Counted from the whole stretch's first letter, positions 1-14,000 are shown. The stretch is DNA of 63,962 bases, filler included, from Conidiobolus incongruus B7586 (GCA_000697335.1; 9 parts of 9 records of this genome joined end to end with filler, not necessarily neighbours in it); one strand, 5' to 3'. Numbers and translations: made by a program. Notes: generated by a model not told the origin, from the sequence alone.

Positions 1-94
1 TGTTTTAATTATAAATTAAAAATAATAACAGTTATATATAATAATTATAGAATTTATTAAGTTAGAATTATAAAGATGTTTTTATATAAAAATA

Positions 95-325
95 ATCAAA
101 AAAGCTACCATATTTAGTATATTCACTAGGTTATAATTTATATAATTATAATTATTTTATATAATTAAAAAATATTCTTATAAGAAAAAATTCCAATAAA
201 CAAATTAAATTAACTTACAAAATATCAAATTTCAATCTTTAATAAAAAACTGTTCAAGTATTAAAAGTATAGTAATAAGTTAGTAATAATAAAAACGAGT
301 ATTAATTTTTATATACTATATTTGT
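95..325 (+). repeat. Copy A of dispersed AT-rich degenerate repeat family 1 (boundaries approximate)
   Basis: Aligns by eye with 48535-48780 and 55660-55790, e.g. aaaaaagctaccatatttagtat vs aaaaaactaccatatttaatat, and aaatatcaaatttcaatctttaataaa vs aaacatcaaattttagtctttaataaa. Confidence 0.65.
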
Positions 326-1606
326 AATATTATTCAATTTTTAATTTTAAAATTTTGATATTATTTAATTACTATACTAAGAGTAAAGCAAGTTTTATTA
401 GTTTTTTTATTAAATATATTTAAAATGATTTTAGTCAGTATATGCTGTTTTTTACAAAATCTCTTGTAAATAAAATAAAAAGTCAATTTCAAATCAATTA
501 TAATATACTTATAACTATATTGGAAATGATATATTAAATTTCATTAAGTAGACCTGGTTATATTCATTTATATCTAGGAATCAGAATTATTCATAAATAT
601 ATAGGTCAAATATCTATTTTATTAATTGATCAATTTTACAATGAAATCTAATTTCGATATTATAATGTTTTGATATATAATTATTTAATACAATAGAGAT
701 ACTATTCATATTTGCATTTTAAATAAGAATTCAACTATTTGATTTCAAGCACTATTTATTATGATATATTTTATAATATATATTGATTAAAATAATTTTA
801 TCAAAAATAATATAATTAATAACTTTGTAAAAAATTTAATAATTTAAAAATAGTTGAATGGAATTTATTTATATTATAGTCTATATTATTACAATATTTT
901 TATAAAAATTAAATTTGTTAACATCTATATCTATATATACTTTTTTATATATCAATGGATATTAGTACAATATTTAAGAGATCAATTTCTCTTAATTATC
1001 AGTAATAAATTGTTTCCTGTCTAAAATAATTAAAACTGTAGCATAAAATGAAAAATCAAATTAAATTTGGGTAATTAGAAGTAATAAAAAAAGCAATATA
1101 TTAAATGATATCATATTAACTGTTAAATTTTAAATCGGATAATATGTTGATAAAAATCATCAAGAATTAATTCAAGTATTAATCCAATATAACCAAATCA
1201 TTAGGGTTGATAAATTTCAATCAAAAGTTATATGAAACACATAATATATATATTTCAATAACTTACAAAATTTTATTGATAAAAATTTGAATTTAATCTA
1301 TTTATGGCAAAACTGAAATTGAATGTGTTAAAATATTCTTATAATATTATATTTAGTTTTAAAAAATATAATGAATTAAATTTAGCTTTAAGGTACATTA
1401 GATAAATTTTATCAAGTATTCATAATTGAACATAGGTGAATATAATATAATAAAATTAATAAATATTTCATCTTATCCAATAATATATTATGCTCATAAC
1501 AATATTGGATATATATATATATATATATTAATTGAAAATAGTATTATTTTTTAATAAATTTTATAATAATTAAATTTGTATAATATTCAGTTTGTTTATA
1601 AATACG

Positions 1607-3196
1607 TTAATTCCCTGGATTAACCGTCATTCCAGACATTGATCGATGTTTAAGCAACATGCTAATTATAAATCCAAATATACTAGCACCCATTAAACAA
1701 TAAAAAATCCCTCTTAAAGCACCATAATATGCTAATTGACCTTCCATAGGAATTGATTGAGTTATATGAGTTCCTTCATGGCCGCCACCTCCAATTAAAT
1801 GAGGAAAATCAGACAAGAGATTATTGAGAATGGCACCAGCAATAGGTAATCCAATAGTTCCGCCCATATTAACTGTGAAATTTATAAAACTCGCTAAAAT
1901 TGCAATATACTCGGGTTCTGAAGAAGCTTGTGCCCCAACCAAAATCATTTGAATAGCAAAACCAATTCCAAAAGCTAAAATAACTGGGAATAAAATCATG
2001 CACCAGCTGGGTAAAGTAGGTGATATCATGCAAAGCAAACCTGCTCCAATTACCATAAGAGCTGTCCCAATTCGAATTGGAATTCTGAAGGATTGCAAAC
2101 GATTTCCAATGAATCCAGATACCATCGCAACGAGTGAAACGCTGACCAAAAATGGAGCCAATTGATAACCTGCTTCACTAGCAGTATAACCACGTAAAAT
2201 TTGATAATACACTGGAAGATAGTAAACTACTGTAAATTGATTAATACCTATAACCAATCCAAGCATACAGCATATGGAAACATTTGAATTAAACATTTTT
2301 GGAGGCAAAATTGGTTCTTCAGCAAGTTTAAATTCAATTATGATGAATGCAATCAATGAAACAAAAGTCAAACACAATGGAATCAATACTTGATATGATG
2401 ACCAAGCATAGTCCTTCCCTCCCCAAGTAGTACTCAATACAAAGAGAACGATTAATACACTAAGAGTCAAAGTACCTAACACATCAATTCTTTTGAATTT
2501 ACTGAGAAAAGACCCTTCAACTCTGGGTAACGGTATAATAAATATAAAAATTAATCCCATTAACGCTGCGACAGGTAAATTGATATAGAAAATAAATCTC
2601 CAACTTATATGATCAACAATCACACCCCCTAATATCGGTCCCAGCATATTACTAATAGCGAAAGTAACACTAACAATACCAAAATAAGTAGCTCTTTCTT
2701 CTAATTTCACAATATCAGATATGATAATAAGGGAGAGAGAAATTATTCCACCACCACCAATTCCTGCAATTGCTCTGAATATAATCAACATAACTATATT
2801 AACCGCTAATCCACATCCCAGACTACCGAGCGAAAAAAAGAAAAGAGAGAAGAGTATGCAAGCCTTTCTTCCGAAAATATCTGAAAATTTACCATACATT
2901 GGAGTGAAGACTACGATAGTCATGAGGTAAGAAGTAGCAATCCAAGTGAGAGAACCCTGAGCGTTCAAGTCATTAGTAATTACTTCATTTGCTGTTGATA
3001 AAATAGTTTCATCAATTCCTGCAGCAAATACTCCAAGAACAATTGCAACCATGACTATGATTAATTGATTCTTCGATAGTTGTAAAGATTTTGTTTGGTT
3101 AGAATTTGCCTCTAAGTCCTTTCGTGTACTTTCGAGCTCATTATTGTTTTCACTCATCAACGAATTAGATTTTTTAATAGACTTATTATCAGTCAT
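1607..3196 (-). CDS. MFS drug:H+ antiporter, 14-TM DHA2 family (529 aa, intronless)
   Basis: Long ORF with about 14 hydrophobic helices. MFS motif A (GKFSDIFGRK), motif B/C region (FRAIAGIGGGG...LGPILGG) and DHA2-type WRFIFYINLP and DVLG motifs. Confidence 0.93.
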   Translation of the reverse strand: MTDNKSIKKSNSLMSENNNELESTRKDLEANSNQTKSLQLSKNQLIIVMVAIVLGVFAAGIDETILSTANEVITNDLNAQGSLTWIATSYLMTIVVFTPMYGKFSDIFGRKACILFSLFFFSLGSLGCGLAVNIVMLIIFRAIAGIGGGGIISLSLIIISDIVKLEERATYFGIVSVTFAISNMLGPILGGVIVDHISWRFIFYINLPVAALMGLIFIFIIPLPRVEGSFLSKFKRIDVLGTLTLSVLIVLFVLSTTWGGKDYAWSSYQVLIPLCLTFVSLIAFIIIEFKLAEEPILPPKMFNSNVSICCMLGLVIGINQFTVVYYLPVYYQILRGYTASEAGYQLAPFLVSVSLVAMVSGFIGNRLQSFRIPIRIGTALMVIGAGLLCMISPTLPSWCMILFPVILAFGIGFAIQMILVGAQASSEPEYIAILASFINFTVNMGGTIGLPIAGAILNNLLSDFPHLIGGGGHEGTHITQSIPMEGQLAYYGALRGIFYCLMGASIFGFIISMLLKHRSMSGMTVNPGN

Positions 3197-3366
3197 TTAA
3201 TAATAATAAAATTATTTAATTAATAATATAATTAAACAAAAAAATTAATCAAGTTTTATAATAAGAAAATAATTGAATTTTAACAAATTAATAATATAAA
3301 AATTATTTTTGATATAATTTAGATTTAAATATATGTGTTTTATAACGCTACTCTCCAACTTCAACT

Positions 3367-3382
3367 TATTTATATAGTGAAA
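3367..3382 (-). promoter_or_regulatory. Putative TATA-containing core promoter (TTTCACTATATAAATA) of the DHA2 MFS gene
   Basis: TATATAAA consensus about 170 nt upstream of the ATG. An identical 16-mer lies upstream of the 7TM gene at 26196-26211. Confidence 0.45.
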
Positions 3383-5059
3383 AAGTTTAGCTAATTAAGT
3401 CGAATAGATCCAAAATTGATTGATTAATTCTTATAAAGCAACTTATTTAAACTCTAGATAGTAGGTATCTTAATATTAGAACCGTTAGGACATATTCGGT
3501 ATTTTGCTCAACATGATATTATATGCTTTAATTAGTAACTAAATCATTAACTTAATACCGAAGCTTAATTTATCTTAAATTCTCAAGTATAATAAAAAAT
3601 ATATTTTTTTATAGTAATATTAATCAAATTAATAATTTAAAATTATCTTAAAAATTACTTATTTCAAAGTGAATAATTTTAATAAATTAATATAAAACAA
3701 GGAGAAAATATAAATATAAAAAATAATTTACAATTAATTTAATATGGTTCCAAATTTTTAATTTAAAAATTTTTTCTATTCAAATCGAGATTCGGAAAAA
3801 CTGTTAAATTAAATCTTAAATAGTTTACAGTGTTAAACGCATTGGAATATGATCAAATCAATTATAATAATATTCAAATTATATTAATTATTTTATATTC
3901 AAAATTAATATTATATTAATATTTTATAATTTACAATGTATTTTTAATTTGAATAATAATTCTAAACAGAATATAGTATTTTTTTAAAAAAATAAATATA
4001 CTCTTAAAATTTAATTATTTTTAATATCATTATTTAAAAAATTATATTATTCAAAATATAAGTTTAGAATAATTATATAACTTTTTAAATTAATGTCAAT
4101 ATAAATTAATATGAAGTTAATTAAAATGTAAATAATAATAATAATAGTATATTTAATTCAATATTTATTAAATGATTTTTTTAATTTATATTATTCAAGA
4201 ATTTTTGATGAAAGCAATATAAATATTTGAATGAAAAAAATATAATAAAATCTTTCCTTATTTTAAAAAAATTTGAATTTTTCATAGATTGTACTTAAAT
4301 CAATATAAAATTTATTCTCCCTATTCCAAAATTTTTTTTCCATTTAATGCCCCTTACAATATATCACTCAATATCCATATTTCCCCTAATTTTATTTGAT
4401 AACTTGATATATTATCCTTAATATTATTATATTTTGATGAGAAGTAATCTTATCAATCACTCAAGAAACTGCAATTATCACACTGAATCGAGAAGTCACA
4501 TTGGAAAACACCCATTTCCTGAACTCTAATATAACATTATCACGAACGAACTAATAAGCACATCTCATATCTTCATTCCAAAATTATCCAGTCCCTAAGT
4601 TTTTCTCATAACCCTCACAAAAGTATTGAGTTGTGATGGGCGCGAGATATTTACTTTATACGAAGATCCCAGTTTACATCAAGCTATTTTTATCTCGTTT
4701 GGTGAACTCCATTAATTTCCCATAACTCTTTGGTAACCTATTGTTTTCCACTAGCAACTCTCCGTTTACTATCTCATTCCGCAATTACAGTAGTGAATTT
4801 AATGACAATTTATAAGTAAAAGAACAAGTTTGATGCAATATTATTACTATTGATATAATATTTATTTTAATATGAATACAGTATGTTAAGGAATTATATA
4901 TTTTTAAGTATATCAATATTGTCAATTGTAACATAAACAATATTAATTTCAAATTAGAATAGATTTTAAAGCCTAAAGTTTTTATAGAAATTAATTTAAT
5001 TATTTTAATACTAGATTTTAAATGATGAGAATTTTTTAAGATTAAAAATAAATAAAGAA

Positions 5060-5335
5060 TTTAATATTTAATATACAAAAATAATGTTTATTATAAAATT
5101 AATACACTTTTTTATTAATAATAAGTTTTTGCTATATTTTTTAAAGATTTCTAACGTTTAAAAAATAGTTTTTAAATAAAAGATTAAAATTTGATATTTT
5201 ATAAATTAACTATATTAGTATATAGAAATTTTGTTTCTTATAAGCTAATTTTTTAATTATTTAAAGCAATTATAATTATATAAGTTATGATCTAATAAAA
5301 ATAGTAAATATAATGGTTTTTTTAATTCTTTTAAA
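5060..5335 (-). repeat. Copy B (inverted) of repeat family 1 (boundaries approximate)
   Basis: Matches the reverse complement of 48535-48785, e.g. ttataattatataagttatgatctaataaaaatagtaaatataatggttttttt vs ttataattatttagattataatcttataaaaatattaaatatggtagtttttt. Confidence 0.65.
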
Positions 5336-8300
5336 TCAGAAAAATATTTATAGCTTTAAATCTATATATTTTATATTTATTATATCTAATAATAAAAGAT
5401 TTTCAATTATATTAAAAATATTAATTAAATTTAATATTATTTAAATGATAATATAAAGCTTATTATTTATTTAATTTTTTTGAACAATAGATAAATATAA
5501 TATATTTTATTAAAATTTATAAAAAAAATTCTTTATTTCAATTTATATTTTAATTAATATTTTATAAGANNNNNNNNNNNNNNNNNNNNNNNNNNNNNNN
5601 NNNNNNNNNNNNNTTAATTAATTAANNNNNNNNNNNNNNNNNNNNNNNNNNNNNNNNNNNNNNNNNNNNTATAAATATATAAATATATAAATATATATAT
5701 ATATATATAATATTTCAATTTCTTTAATAATATCACTATTAAAGAATCAAAATAATTATAATGCTAATTTATAAATAAAAACTCAAATTTCAAAATAGAT
5801 TTATTTATTATAAATTCAATTTGAATATTATTGCCTATATACCAGATTTATAAATACCATGATATTTTAAATTTTTATTTATTTTTATATCTCATCCTTA
5901 TTTGGTAAGTTAAAGAGTCTTGTAATATTTTGGATTATTATAATTTTGTAATTAATAAAGAACATTTAATTGAAAATCTCTATTAAGTTTTCTATATTAA
6001 TTAAATTTCAACCAATTATATTTATTTTCTGAATAGATTAGAATACAAAATTATAATAATACTGATAAAAAATATATTTAAAACTTGGCAATATTATATA
6101 ATGAAAATATAATTTCAAATAAGGTTACAAAAATTTATCTATTTATTAATTTATATACTTGATTTAATGTTAAACAACAAGTTAATTTATTTTATTAATT
6201 ATTTTAAAAAATTTAGTAAAATATTAAAATTTATTAATGAATTCAAAATATTATTAATTTAATTTGAAATTTAAATTGTGGCAATCAAAATTAAAATAAA
6301 TAATTATAAATAAATCAATAACGTGGCAATAAAATTTATTTAATATTAATAAATTTATAAAATTTTTATAATTAAAATAATATTCAATAATAAATTATTA
6401 TAATATTATTTAGAAATTATTTCTACTATTATTTTTTTTATTTTATTATCAATTTTGAAATTATAGACTTAATATGCTTTTGTATTTACTATGAATAATA
6501 TTATAATTGACTTAAAATTGTTAAATTCATAAGCTAATGCATTCTTCAAATTGATTGATTTAAATGAGATGAATTCAGCATTATCACCATCACTCTAATC
6601 ACAGTAATATTTTGCATTTTTAATAAGATAAACAATATCGGATTAAACTCTATTGAAAACTCTGTTCTAAGAATGCCTTAGTAATAAGCTTTTCTCCTCC
6701 GTTGATTTGGATATTAACAAAACTTTGAGGTGACATCATCTTACAAATTTATTTATTCACCTAAAATTATCAAAATTTATCCATTTTCCTTGAATTTACC
6801 TCATTGTGGAAGATTTTAAGAAATAGTTTAAATTAGTTTGTTGAATTAAGTTATTAGTTGGAAAATTGATAATCAGTGTTTTTGAAAGGAGTATTTGAAA
6901 TGGACTTTGAATAATATTAAGGTAATTGAATAGATGATAGAGTAAGGTGATTGAAGTGAGTTAATTAGGATAAATTTTTAATGGAATAAATGGTCTTTCA
7001 CTAATTAATTTTTAATTTCAAATAATTAAAATTTAATGATTTATGATTATAAAAAAATATTATAAAGCTTGAATTTTCTTTTAATTTTTATTAAATAATT
7101 AAATATAATAAAAAAATTTTCACTTTATATAATTAATCAAAAGTGAAATCAATACTAAGAAAAATAACAGAAAATTTTATAGAATGTTAATTGTGGATTT
7201 AGCAATATTTTGATAGTTAATTAAAGATGGATAACCTATCAATTAACGTGATACACTCAATTATTAATTGTTACCGATCAACTGAGGCAATTTATATTGA
7301 TTATGAATAGAGAAAAATTTGAAGTCCTGATCTTTTTTTATTTATTCAGAAACTTTGAAAAATTAAGATAAAGGAATTTGTGACATTTGATATTATATTG
7401 GATTATTTTGCAAGTATTGCTAATTGAATCTTTATTGATTATAAATTTGAAGAAATATTGATGGATGTATATTAACAGAATCATTCGATAAATTAATTTA
7501 ACAGTGTATACAATTGATTGATGTATATTGTCCCCTTTTATTTCATTCTATTGTTGTTATTATTGATATTAATTTTAACCTGATTGTTGCCAATTGAACT
7601 TTAAATAATCATTAAATGCCTAATTAATATTTGAATTTAAGGATAAAAAATGTATAGCATGATTTAAATAATATAAAAATATCAAATATTGATTTAAAAA
7701 AATTTTTTTATAGTTTAATGATGTAAAGACTAAAAAAAATTAAGTTCTATAAAGAAATAATTATCAAGTATTAAAATATTTTTATATAATTGGATATGAA
7801 CATATGTATATATATGTATTCAAATAATTTTTATTTTAATTTCAAAATTTAATTTTAAATTTTTTATAATATATTGAATATATTATTATTATTAATAACT
7901 TGACAACTTAAACAGATTCTATTAGTATTATTAAACCAATAATATAATAAATATTCTTTGAGAGATTAAAATTGGTATTGAGGTTAAAAAAGCTGCAGTT
8001 TTCAAATTGAGGTAAACACGTTGTAATACTTCTGAAATCTCTGTTAATTATTAATTATCCAATTGTTAATATAATCTGGCTAAAAATGTTAGTAAATATT
8101 GATGTAATAAATAGTTTATACATATTTGATGAAAGCATTATTATTCTAGACAATGATTGTTTGCTGTTAATGATTCTAAATCCAGATTCCTCTCAAAAAT
8201 AATTGAGTGAGTATGATTCAATACAATAATTTAGTAAAATAACATGTCTTATCCCTTAAACTACTAGGTAATACAAGTATTACCTGTAATTATTATTTTT

Positions 8301-8367
8301 GGGTGGTATTAATGAAAATAATCATGTCAAGAGGGAAATTTAAAGGTAGTAATAAAAAGAATTTGAG

Positions 8368-8449
8368 CGACAGCTACCGGATTTGAACCGATGCGGGCAG
8401 AGCCCATCAGATTTCGAGTCTGACTCCTTAACCACTCGGACAAACTGCC
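8368..8449 (-). tRNA. tRNA-Ser, anticodon CGA (82 nt, long variable arm)
   Basis: Reverse complement reads GGCAGTTTGTCCGAGTGGTTAAGGAG-TCAGA-CT-CGA-AA-TCTGA-TGGGCTCTGCCCGC-ATCGG-TTCAAAT-CCGGT-AGCTGTC-G. All stems fold, discriminator G, with an oligo-T terminator just downstream. Confidence 0.97.
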
Positions 8450-9882
8450 TTAATTGAGGGAATTTAAAAATTTAATTTAAATTTAATCAGAATTGATTTT
8501 GGTTATATTATTGAAATTTTCACTTTATAATTTTTTGTAACACTTTTTAATATAAAAAATTTTATAATTATAATCAAAATCCAATCTATTATAATACTTA
8601 TCCAATATTAATCATTAATCATAATTACTCTTTTTATTAATATTTCCAAATCAATTCAATTATTTTTAATGTTTTTTCATATTTTTGTTATTTTGTTGTT
8701 TTTTATAAAAATAATAATATTAAAATAAATTTTAAAACAAAATCATTTAAAAATTGGATAAATATTTTTATTAAGTTTTTTGATTAAACTAAGTTTAATA
8801 TGAAAAAAAATGCTTATAATATGAAAAATAAAAGATATTGTGAATAATAAAGAGTATAAAGCATTTTTAAATGCTTTCTTTAATATAAATAAGTATTAAA
8901 TATTTTTTTCATTGTTCTTTGATTTGAAAGAAAATTTAACCGATCTAACTCCTCCAATCTTGTTTAATTATAATATTCAAGAAATTAATTAAAAATTGTT
9001 AAAAAAACTCTTTTTCCAATTATTATTCAAAATTTAATTATATTTTATATTATAATTATAAAATATTCAAAATAATTTTAAAAATCTTATTTCTAATACT
9101 GAACTAAAACTTATAGTATAAATTTGATATTATAAACTAATAAGTTTGGATTATAATTTTAGTTTAAATTTTATTAGATTGAAAATAAGTGTAATTTAAT
9201 AAATTTTAAAATTAATATTTTAAGTTATTAATAATGGATACCCTAATATTCTAAATTGGAATAATAAATTGAGAAAGTTTTGTTTAAGTATTAAATTAAA
9301 CAGGAATAATGAACTGAGACAAAATATGTCATGGATGACATTATTTAGAATTATTGGTGGAAATTTTTTTTAAATTGGTAAGAATTTGTTAAATCGGACG
9401 AATTTTTTTAGAAACAATCATTAAATAGTTTATTTAAAAAAGATGATGTATGTTTTATGATTTATGTATTATTGGTTGTGTTCTCTTAGGAACTTGAAAT
9501 TATTTAAATAAAACTTATTGCTTGGGTTGAGATTATAATCACAAAATGACATGATATCATTGGGGTTGAGATAAGGTTAAGCAGCTTGGGATGGAATTGA
9601 ATAATGTGGCAAACGGAGAAGGATAAACAAGGAGATGAGAAGATCAGGTTTAGAGTTGTATTTCGGAGTAAATAGAGGTCATGCGAGGATTGAACGTGTT
9701 ACAATGGATGTGTATAAGTAACATCCTGATGAAATGATTGGTGGGCTGTTAAGTTATATCACCATCTCAAGAAGTTAAATTGTAAAGTACATTGGATCCA
9801 TTGTACTGGAAAACAGGAATTGAAACTGGTGAATCATTCTAATCAGATTAACAATCCTTCTCCAGCACAATGCCGTCGCCAT

Positions 9883-11007
9883 CTATAACAAACCAACCTG
9901 ACGCAAGTTGCCCTGCATCAAAATATCGCGAACAGCTGCCATCACAAACCTCATATTACTTGTGTCTGTAGCACATGTGAAGTGGGAATAGATATTCTTA
10001 TGGCTATGCTTGTTGAGATTCTCGAATCTGTCTCGGAAATAGCTTAAGCCCTTATCAAAATCGTCACCGCCTCTGTAATCCGGGAAGTAGTTAGAGATAG
10101 GGCTTCTTTGAATCTTGGATTTGAACACATCAGTCTTGTTGAGGAAGAGAATAACAGAAGTCTTTCTGAACCACTTGCTATTACATACAGACTCAAATAA
10201 GTTGAGTGCCTCATACATTCTATTTACAGTTTCATCTTCAATCAAATTTTGATCATATTCAGAAATGGCAATGAGGTAGAGAATAGCTGTGATGCCTTCG
10301 AAGCAGTGAATCCACTTTTTACGCTCTGAACGCTGACCTCCAACATCGATCATTCTGAAGATTGGACCTTCCATGTGGAAGACGGTCTCGGTAATACCAG
10401 TGGTCTTCACACGAGTTCTTAGAATATCTTGATCTGTTGGTTCATAGTCTGGGCTTGAAATTCGATCCAAACTGTTGAAGTAATAAGAAGCAGAATCTAA
10501 TAATTGGAATCGGTTTGAATTTGCAACACATTTCTGTACACCCAAATCAGCCCAAAGTGCTTTAAGAGCGATATAATGGTTACCCGCGAGGGTAGGGCTA
10601 CCGTAGTGGGAGGGAACACGGAGAATAACTGCAGCGTGTTCCTCATTCGCCGAGTCATCAAGAATAATACCCATACGGGGCATGGACTGGAGAATTGATT
10701 GCATGGAAGAGATAATATTTGTCATCACAGCTTCTCTAAATGTGTAACTTTCTTCCTTAGTAAAACCTCCTCCATGAAGGAGCTTCATCTGTTTGAGCAC
10801 TGTTGACTTGCCTGATTCACCAGCGCCTATACAATTGTGAATAAGGTTAATATATCAGGTTACAAATATGATAAGTTAAAAACAAAATTTACCTAATAAT
10901 AAAATTTTAATTTCAGGAGGTGATTCTTTTTCAGTCTTGAGTTGTTGGTCAATTTGGTTAGAGCGTACTTGTTCTTGAGAGAATTGTTTACTACTTGTAC
11001 AGCCCAT
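9883..11007 (-). CDS. Heterotrimeric G-protein alpha subunit (2 exons: 11007-10893, 10826-9883; 352 aa)
   Basis: Spliced N-terminus MGCTSSK (myristoylation/palmitoylation-type) ... KILLLG|AGESGKST P-loop across a GT-AG intron at 10827-10892. Also RVKTTG, DVGGQRSERKKW, FLNKTD and TCATDT motifs. Confidence 0.96.
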
Positions 11008-14000
11008 TATGTTGATAATTTGATAGAGTACCAGTATCTAATGAGTTTAATATTTATATTTTATAGTGATTGGAAGGCTGAGTCTAATAAACTATCACGA
11101 ATTTATTTGATTAATATATTTAAATAAATAATCGATATAAATATATCACGAGCAGAGTAATATATAGTATGAATATATGAGATAAAATGAGAAGAATAAA
11201 TATGTGAGTTAATGATGAAAGTGAAATGAATGATTAAGGAAAGGTGGGATATTTAAATATTAGTGGGGAGGGAGAGTATGAGGGGGAATAGTAAATAAAT
11301 AAGGAAGAATTTGAGTGAGGTGAGATTGGTGTGGGTGGTAAAACACAAGTTTAACAATACTTAAGAATTGATCAGGGATTAACAATCAAAATTTTGATTA
11401 TTCAAATAATACTTATATCGAATTATATTTAAATATAAATTATTAATACATCTCCAAGTTACATTTCTTGTAATAAATTTAATTAATATTTAATTAATGG
11501 AGAAAATGTTAACATATTACTTATAATTTCAAGAAATTTAACTAAAAAATTGAATCTTTTAAACATAAACCAATATACTAATAAAAATAACTATAATAAT
11601 AATGATATATTGTACTTATTTTTTAGTTTGATATTAATAATTCCTAGTTTAAGGTTTTCATAATTTTTGCTTAATAATTGTCATAATTAATTTAAACTCA
11701 ATTTATAGTACATTATATGAATCAGTTCAATATAAAAAACTCATAAATAAATAAATAGACTGAGTTTAACCCTTGAACGCTGCCGTTTTAAATAATTGGA
11801 TGGACTCAAATATAAAAAAGATCCTTAACTGATTAAAAACTTGTCCGATATATTGCCCTAATTATCAGTCCTTTTAACTAAATATTTAAATATTTGGGAA
11901 TGTAATCAAAGGGTACTACTCCCCAATATTTTCCCAAGATTATATAATATACTATAAAAAGTTTATTATTAAATTTATGAAAAAAGTTTACCTTAGTGAA
12001 TTTTAACAAAATAAAACAAAAGAAATGGAGAAGGAGATAAGGAGATAGAAAATAAAGGGATAAAATTGGTAATACTAGAATCATGTTTGAAACATTAAAG
12101 TTTTATGCAATATACATCTCCAATATTAAGAATATTTGTTATTATTTTAACACTAGTGATAATTATCAGTGATCAGTTGGAATCATACTTCACTGATTTT
12201 AAAATCTTTTTCATATATTAATATTTATTCTTAAAGGAGTATTGTTATAGTAATATTTGAATATCATAATATTATTGTTATTAAATCTATTCTTATTCAT
12301 AATAAATTTTCTTCACTTAAAATAAAAACAAATATTTTACTAACTTTAATCAAAAGGACATGAGTGATTTTATGAATAGAGGTACTTTAATTTGAAAATT
12401 AATCAAGTTTAATATAACTATAAAAACCACAACCATTAAAAATTGTTGAATAGCTTAAGCTTAATAGGTTCATAGACAAAGTATAGTTCATATTAATACT
12501 TGTCAGTTGTTCTTTAAATTGCATGAAATCTAATTTATTGAAGTGAAATCATTATTGGGAGATAATAGATTAAATTTTGATAGTTGAATTAGGGGAATTC
12601 ATGCAAAAATAATCAATTTATTACTAAAATATGTTAGTCATCCGAGTTTAAATTTTAAGGAAATAGATATTTGATTTTAATTGGTAGTTTTTTAATATTA
12701 ATGTTAATAAATGTTATAAATATAATATTTTGTTATTTTTATGGGCTTTTGTTGACAAATTAAAAGAAAGATTATATATATGCAAAATATTTTAGGAGAT
12801 TTGTTGTTATTAAATTATAAAATTATCAATTTAATGTGATAAACCAATTTTGAATACAGTTTGATAATTACAACTGTTTTGAATACATTGTAAATTTTAA
12901 ATAATTGACAATATTGAAAAGGAATGGATCCAACTAAATATTAGGCTCAATTAAAATATATAACAAATATTTTTACTTATTCATTTTAATAATCTCTTAA
13001 ATTCAATTTAAAATTGTATCCAATACATTGATATCTTGATTAACTCACATTTTTAAACCGTTGAAAAAACTAAAACTCATATTAATGAACAAAATTCGAT
13101 TTAACCGAATTGATACTAGTATTGTTTTGATATAGTTAAATTCATGTACGGATTCAATTTTAAATGTTTTTAATATATAAAGTTGACCAAAATTATTCTA
13201 ATTCTTGTATGGGGTAAAATATTTGATATATTATCTCAAATGCTTATCAAATATTAATTGGATTGGATATACTAACCTGGATAACATTTTGATACCATTT
13301 TAATTCCTTAATAAATTATATATATAATACCTGATATTAGATTTTATTTATAATCATCTTATAAATTTGATAATTTGAATATATATTAAAATATTAAATC
13401 AAAATATTAATTGTTCCGTACATAAACACAATTTATTAATATCTAAATATTAATACAACCACTATCCAGAATTGATTATTTCCAACAACAGAAGTAGATA
13501 TTACCCATTCGAGGAAAGTTACTTTAACATAACAAAAACATTAATAACAACTATTCAATATTAATAAGAATAAACCAATTTAAATCAATGTTTTTCTTTC
13601 ACAATATTAATGATTATTCATATGCCATATGCAATCAATTTCGATTAATCAATGTTATGTGAAAAAAAAATTGTCAAATTGCCAAGATTTTTTAATATTG
13701 CAATATTTTTATATACTGAATAGAATTAATTGAGAATTATTCTAATGGTTGTTTGATTAATATGATGGTTATTGTTGATTAGTAGCAAAATAAAAATTAG
13801 AGGATTTTAATTAAATTCAAGTTGTTGACCACTTTTTTTACATTGATTTAATATAACTATTTGAATGAAATGTGGAGTTAATAAGGTGTGGTGACATATA
13901 TTTAAATTTTTATCAATATTTAAAATTAATATATTCTATCATATTAATATTTTAAAATTTTTAAATTTCTTGTAATAACGTATCAATAGAATTCAATATA

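Noticed and set aside
4360..4830. Moderately GC-richer island upstream of the DHA2 transporter
   Set aside because: The frames I translated were interrupted, and I found no recognisable termini, TSD or RNA structure, so no call is supportable.
5570..5669. TTAATTAATTAA flanked by N runs, repeated 8 times (also about 18915, 30319, 32466, 39776, 47975, 54722, 62241)
   Set aside because: Identical 100-nt N-linker-N blocks. This is an artificial six-frame stop linker inserted at scaffold gaps, not a biological repeat or CRISPR.
8368..8449. Long-variable-arm tRNA as possible tRNA-Sec or recoding tRNA
   Set aside because: Anticodon is CGA with a canonical 7/5 acceptor/T stem: an ordinary tRNA-Ser.
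11878..12084. Short hydrophobic ORFs in AT-rich DNA (also 10942-11127, 20514-20720, 34572-34760, 46982-47176)
   Set aside because: F/I/L/Y/N/K-biased translations expected from AT-rich non-coding DNA, several with non-ATG starts; no motifs.
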